Position numbers and translations under genes: made by a program
The notes under the pieces: generated by a model
Database searches by the model: none
What the model was told of the DNA's origin: nothing
The model's input: only the letters and a program-made list of their open reading frames with translations
Shown: one piece after another, positions 34,930 through 40,592 of the stretch
Numbering within the stretch: position 1 is the first letter of the stretch
Layout: each line of letters starts with the position of its first letter
Assembly: GCA_030141605.1 (NCBI GenBank)
Contig: JAQGDQ010001446.1
Span: 1 to 40,592 of the forward strand
Direction: 5' to 3'
Source of the DNA: Tubiluchus corallicola
Lineage: Eukaryota > Animalia > Priapulida
Length of the DNA stretch: 40,592 nt

Positions 34930-35008
34930 TTAATTAAGAACTGAGTTTTGATTTATTAGCTGTTTTAGCCAAGTTTTCTACACTTTCTCTCCAGAAAATC
35001 TCATTTAA

Positions 35009-35673
35009 AGCACAAGAAAACCCTCCACTTACATAAAGCTAAAAATCCGTCTTGAAATTTTATACCACTTTCTTACTACCTTTTTGCATGCAGGACTTGC
35101 GTTGGTAGTAATGCTGTATGAAACTTGTAAAAATAAACTCCTGCGATGACCGTTACGCGCAGCCATCTTAATGGTAGGTCATCTGAAACAAGTTTTGATA
35201 ACATTGAGTAAAGTTTGAAAAAATGAACAGAGCATTCGTAGCATACATGTCGATAATTAAGTAAAATTTTGAATTACTGTATCTCATCACTAACATTAAA
35301 AATACGTTTTTAGTTAGTGAGTGGCGCACCCTGGAAGGTGAGTCAGCGACATTTTACCATTTGGCACAAACATTTTAAATTATTATTTCTAGTTACATAA
35401 GTCTTTCCAGCAGGTAAGCGAAATGCTAAGTAATATAGGTTTACACGGAAAGTTTTTGGTACATAATTTAACATAACCCTCTCTTCCCCTGATTTACGTT
35501 TGCGTAGTGACGTCACGTAATGGCGCCGTCGGAACATTGCGGGAGATTTAAAATGAAAACAAACAAAAAAATCCTTTCAACACGAGTACGATATGTGCAT
35601 AAAATTGCTATAAAGTAATATAATTTTTAAGGCAATTTTTCTGAAACCAACTTCAAGTACCCCTTCTTGTCCT
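35009..35673 (+). mobile_element. TTAA-flanked Kolobok-like element, copy 3
   Basis: TTAA|AGCACAAGAAAACCC...CCCTTCTTGTCCT|TTAA. Confidence 0.85.
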
Positions 35674-35684
35674 TTAAGTGAAAG

Positions 35685-35780
35685 AGTGACCAGTGATATA
35701 AACCCAATATGCTAAGTGACCAGTGATATAAACCCAGTATGCTGAGTGACCAGTGATATAAACCCAGTATGCTAAGTGAC
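35685..35780. repeat. 30-bp tandem repeat x3
   Basis: AGTGACCAGTGATATAAACCCAGTATGCTA repeated. Confidence 0.92.
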
Positions 35781-35910
35781 ATGTCCTTTCCTATAAACTT
35801 GCTTGGTAGACTGGTCACTATTTCTAGTTCAACCATTTTATCGTTTCAGTCCTGGTATTGAGTTAGAGAACTAATTATCTACATACTAAGAAAAAACTTG
35901 TTTATTTTAG

Positions 35911-36067
35911 GAATGGTTGTGTAAAGCAATCAAAATCGTCAGCGTCTATTCCATGATGGCGTCCATCTTCTGGACCTTTGTCGAGGGTCTCTTCTTGCAT
36001 AATCGCATCGCTGTCGCTGTTTTTCAGACAGAGGCGCCCTTTCTTCTCTTTTACTTCATTGGTTGGG
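35911..36067 (+). CDS. Internal exon of a class B1 (secretin-family; PDF/CRF-DH44/calcitonin receptor-like) GPCR, TM3-ICL2-start of TM4
   Basis: TTTATTTTAG acceptor, GTAAGT donor. Translation EWLCKAIKIVSVYSMMASIFWTFVEGLFLHNRIAVAVFQTEAPFLLFYFIGW(G) carries the class B motifs C..FW..VEGL.LH and IGWG. Confidence 0.9.
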
Positions 36068-36167
36068 GTAAGTAAAGCAGCGCGATGGTGATTGTAGTCA
36101 CAGAACCACTGTCAACAGAGGTTACTACCACTGAATGCTTTACTGTAACATAATCAGTACATGAATG

Positions 36168-36599
36168 TCCCACATATCCCATAAAGTGGATTAACCTGAC
36201 TGTTCAGAGCACAGGTGAGTAAAACAGACAGGTGACTAGCAGGTAACAAACTGAAAAACTGACCAAAACCAAAAGCTTTACATTCCCGCCACAGATGGCG
36301 CCTCGTGCACGTCTCACACATCCCATAAAGTGGATTAACCTGACTGTTCAAAGCACAGGTGAGTAAAACAGACAGGTGACTAGCAGGTAACAAACTGAAA
36401 AACTGACCAAAACCAAAAGCTTTACATTCCCGCCACAGATGGCGCCTCGTGCACGTCTCACACATCCCATAAAGTGGATTAACCTGACTGTTCAAAGCAC
36501 AGGTGAGTAAAACAGACAGGTGACTAGCAGGTAACAAACTGAAAAACTGACCAAAACCAAAAGCTTTACATTCCCGCCACAGATGGCGCCTCGTGCACG
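36168..36599. repeat. 144-bp tandem repeat x3
   Basis: TCCCATAAAG at 36177, 36321, 36465; near-identical units. Confidence 0.95.
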
Positions 36600-37117
36600 A
36601 ATTTGTAAGTAAGATTAACAGAAGAAGCTAAGTCTGCTACAGTGATAATGTAGAAGCTATTTTGATTTCAAAACATTTGAAGCGCCATCTCAGTCCATGA
36701 CAGCAAAGAAATAAAGATAAAATGAAGTACATGTATAGAGTATAAAAGCTAAAAAGAGTTAAATTATCAACACATATAATAACATATTTATATTATTATC
36801 ATTATTGACATCATTTATTTTCGAACACACGTTATGTAATGACAGCACCGGAGCGTATAGTAACCATATCAGGTAAAAATGTTAGGTAAAATAACTTCAA
36901 GCTGACGCATGCGCGACTGCATGTGATGCCCCCAGGGCCGGATTATGATCTTTTGGGCCTCCCAAGATAGTTTACGTAGTTTGAAGTAAACTTCCTACAA
37001 ATATTTTAAATAAACTGTAATAGCTATCTTTTGTTTGCCAGTAAACATATTCTTTTGAAATACCACTATTTTAATAGTAATAGTAGATTGTTTTTTAACC
37101 AATATTATAGGAGTATC

Positions 37118-37743
<626 letters not shown>

Positions 37744-37889
37744 AGTACGGGCACCACATATTCTAACATTTGTCTCATTTAATACTTTGATAAGAAATTA
37801 AAATTCTCAAGTTTATTGTCTCTACCTGCCTGGAACTTAACTCGCATCTTTTTACAATTTTACGAGATAGTACATGAAAATTTCTAAAT

Positions 37890-38230
37890 GCATCTTCTAG
37901 AGTAACATTATTTCTATAAGAATTTTATACAAGTTGAAATCCATTATTGAGTTAACGTCATATAATGTATGTTTGGCTATAAACTTAATTACCGAGTTAC
38001 TAATATTTTTACATACTACATAGAATTTGAGAAACCGTTTGTCATACTTGGTAGCAACAGTATGGGGTGAAATGAAAGTGTGAGATCTATACGGCAGTTT
38101 CTGTAATTTACGGATAGCTTTATTCCAAGCTGTGTCAATAAAATGTATTTTCGAAATATTCAACTTCCAGCTCTGGCAATGTCCTAGATAATATGTTTGA
38201 AGTAGTTTACATTTCAGGTCAGAATTTAAC
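37890..38230 (-). mobile_element. Decayed LINE ORF2 C-terminal fragment
   Basis: TAWNKAIRKLQKLPYRSHT resembles the post-RT region of non-LTR elements; recognised from memory only. Confidence 0.45.
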
Positions 38231-38649
38231 CATTAATTTGTAATGGTTAAATTATTATTTAAAGACAGTCACGTGTGTCTCTTCTTTCCCATTATTGAAC
38301 ATTATTTTATTATAAACTAACACATTCCAATAACAATTTTCATTCGTCTTAAATGCAAAATCTGATCATTTTTAATTACCTGGTACATGCGCATGAACTA
38401 ATTAATTATATTAGTAACAATCCTGAGAGGGTGGCTGACCTGGATAACTTATAGTTCTTTCGCCACCCTTTCACCACTAATCAATAATTACTTTTGCACT
38501 TTGTAATATTATTGTATGTTGTACAGATTTATAAATCTCTTAGTTATGTATTTTGCTATTTTAAAAATGGTGATAAACCAATAAACTTACTTACTTACTC
38601 AGAACAAGCAAATGAAAAGCTGGCACATATACTATTAGCATGGTAAATG

Positions 38650-39230
38650 AAATCGTCACGTTTACTAAGAATATCAGCATCATTCGTTAAATCACATGTA
38701 ATCACGTGACCCGAATGAGTGACTTTATCTGTCCTGGTTAAAGGTCTATTGTCCAGCAAGACAGTTGAATAGGGTTTGGAGAGTTAATGCATTTACTTTT
38801 TATTTTCGTACCTTAAACATTAACCAAATTAATATCAAATTCTTTGGTATACTGTTCACATATTAGAAGCATTCTTTGCAACACTCTTACATTCGGTACC
38901 AATTATTTGTACATTTGTGAAATCTTTTAACGAAAACATTTATTAATATTTCATAGCACTTTATTTTATTTAAGCAGCACGATAGAAAATTGAAGTCACT
39001 TCGTTTACTAAGAATATCAACATCATCCGTTTAATCACGTGACCTAAATGAGTCATTTTATCTGTTCAGGTTAAAGGCATACTGTCCAGCAGTACAGTTG
39101 GATAAGGTTGGCAGGAGAATCTAATGCATTTACTCTTAATTTTGGTACCTTGAACATAAACCAAATTAATATCAAATTCTTTGGCATATTCTTTACATAT
39201 TAGAATCAATCTTTACAAAGCTCTTACACT
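38650..39230. repeat. Diverged direct duplication (about 240 bp, period about 345)
   Basis: CGTTTACTAAGAATATCA and AACCAAATTAATATCAAATTCTTTGG each occur twice in the same order. Confidence 0.85.
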
Positions 39231-39677
39231 CGTACACTCGTACATGGAGCAGTTTGAATGTGTCGAGAGATAAGCAGCCAGAAAACGATCCATTCTGCAC
39301 ATTTCATGCACTCCAGTCAGCTAGCGACAATAAGCTTAACAAAAGATTGTACACATTGTATTGAATACAGGAATTTTAATTCTTTTATCAAAGTATTAAT
39401 TTAGAGAAATGTTATAATATGTGGTATCTTTTTAAATAACTTAATTACTTGCTTTGTAAACAATATCTGTGTTTGTTTATTTGTTTTTGTCGACAGTGCT
39501 TAATATTTATTTTGACTTTTACTACTAGTTTACTCAATTGAAAGACTTATGTAACTTAATTGCACACGTGTGTTCGAAAATAAATGATTTTATTAATAAC
39601 ACTTAGATTGAATCGCATATTATTACCATCATCAATATACAGTACTGTACGCTGCAGCGACATCTACAAGATGATCA

Positions 39678-40592
39678 GTACACTCGTACACTTGTATATG
39701 TTTATCGTACACTCGTACACTTACATATGTTTATTGTACACTCGTACACTTGTATATGTTTATCGTACACTCGTACACTTGTATATGTTTATCGTACACT
39801 CGTACACTCGTATATGTTTATTGTACACCCGTACACTTGTATATGTTTATCGTACACTCGTACACTTGTATATGTTTATTGTACACTCGTACACTTGTAT
39901 ATGTTTATCGTACACTCGTACACTCGTATATGTTTATTGTACACTCGTACACTTGTATATGTTTATCGTACACTCGTACACTTGTATATGTTTATCGTAC
40001 ACTCGTACACTTGTATATGTTTATCGTACACTCGTACACTCGTATATGTTTATTGTACACTCGTACACTTGTATATGTTTATCGTACACTCGTACACTTG
40101 TATATGTTTATCGTACACTCGTACACTCGTATATGTTTATTGTACACTCGTACACTTGTATATGTTTATCGTACACTCGTACACTTGTATATGTTTATCG
40201 TACACTCGTACACTCGTATATGTTTATTGTACACTCGTACACTTGTATATGTTTATCGTACACTCGTACACTTGTATATGTTTATCGTACACTCGTACAC
40301 TCGTATATGTTTATCGTACACTCGCACTTGTATATGTTTATCGTACACTCGTACACTCGTATATGTTTATCGTACACTCGTACACTCGTATATGTTTATC
40401 GTACACTCGTACACTTGTATATGTTTATCGTACACTCGTACACTCGTACACTTGTATATGTTTATCGTACACTCGTACACTTGTATATGTTTATCGTACA
40501 CTCGTACACTCGTACACTTACATATGTTTATTATCGTACACTCGTACACTTGTATATGTTTATCGTACACTCGTACACTTGTATATGTTTAT
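39678..40592. repeat. 29-bp tandem array with 8-bp subunit TCGTACAC, running off the window
   Basis: TCGTACACTCGTACACTTGTATATGTTTA repeated. Confidence 0.96.

Overview
AT-rich, repeat-dense animal (probably invertebrate) nuclear DNA, not prokaryotic. Most ORFs in the supplied track are artefacts of microsatellites, minisatellites or retroelements. Three protein-coding loci can be read by hand. (1) The first 9 coding exons of a minus-strand SLC5A8/SLC5A12/SLC5A6-like sodium:solute symporter (16806 down to 1208, continuing off the left edge). (2) A complete 8-exon minus-strand CHST15 (GalNAc4S-6ST)-like sulfotransferase (33694 down to 23116, about 414 aa). (3) One plus-strand TM3-TM4 exon of a class B1 (secretin-family) GPCR (35911-36067). 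No upstream GPCR exons are visible, so the two minus-strand genes may be nested in its intron. The introns contain a 5S-rRNA-headed SINE family, a short RTE-type element whose 5' end resembles a twister ribozyme starting at its cleavage site, several MITE families (TA-, TTAA- and hAT-type ends) and LINE fragments. There are about 14 unrelated tandem arrays. Their units are copies of adjacent local sequence, repeatedly capturing transposon termini, a splice donor, a branch point or a stop codon. All calls are by eye and no database searches were run.
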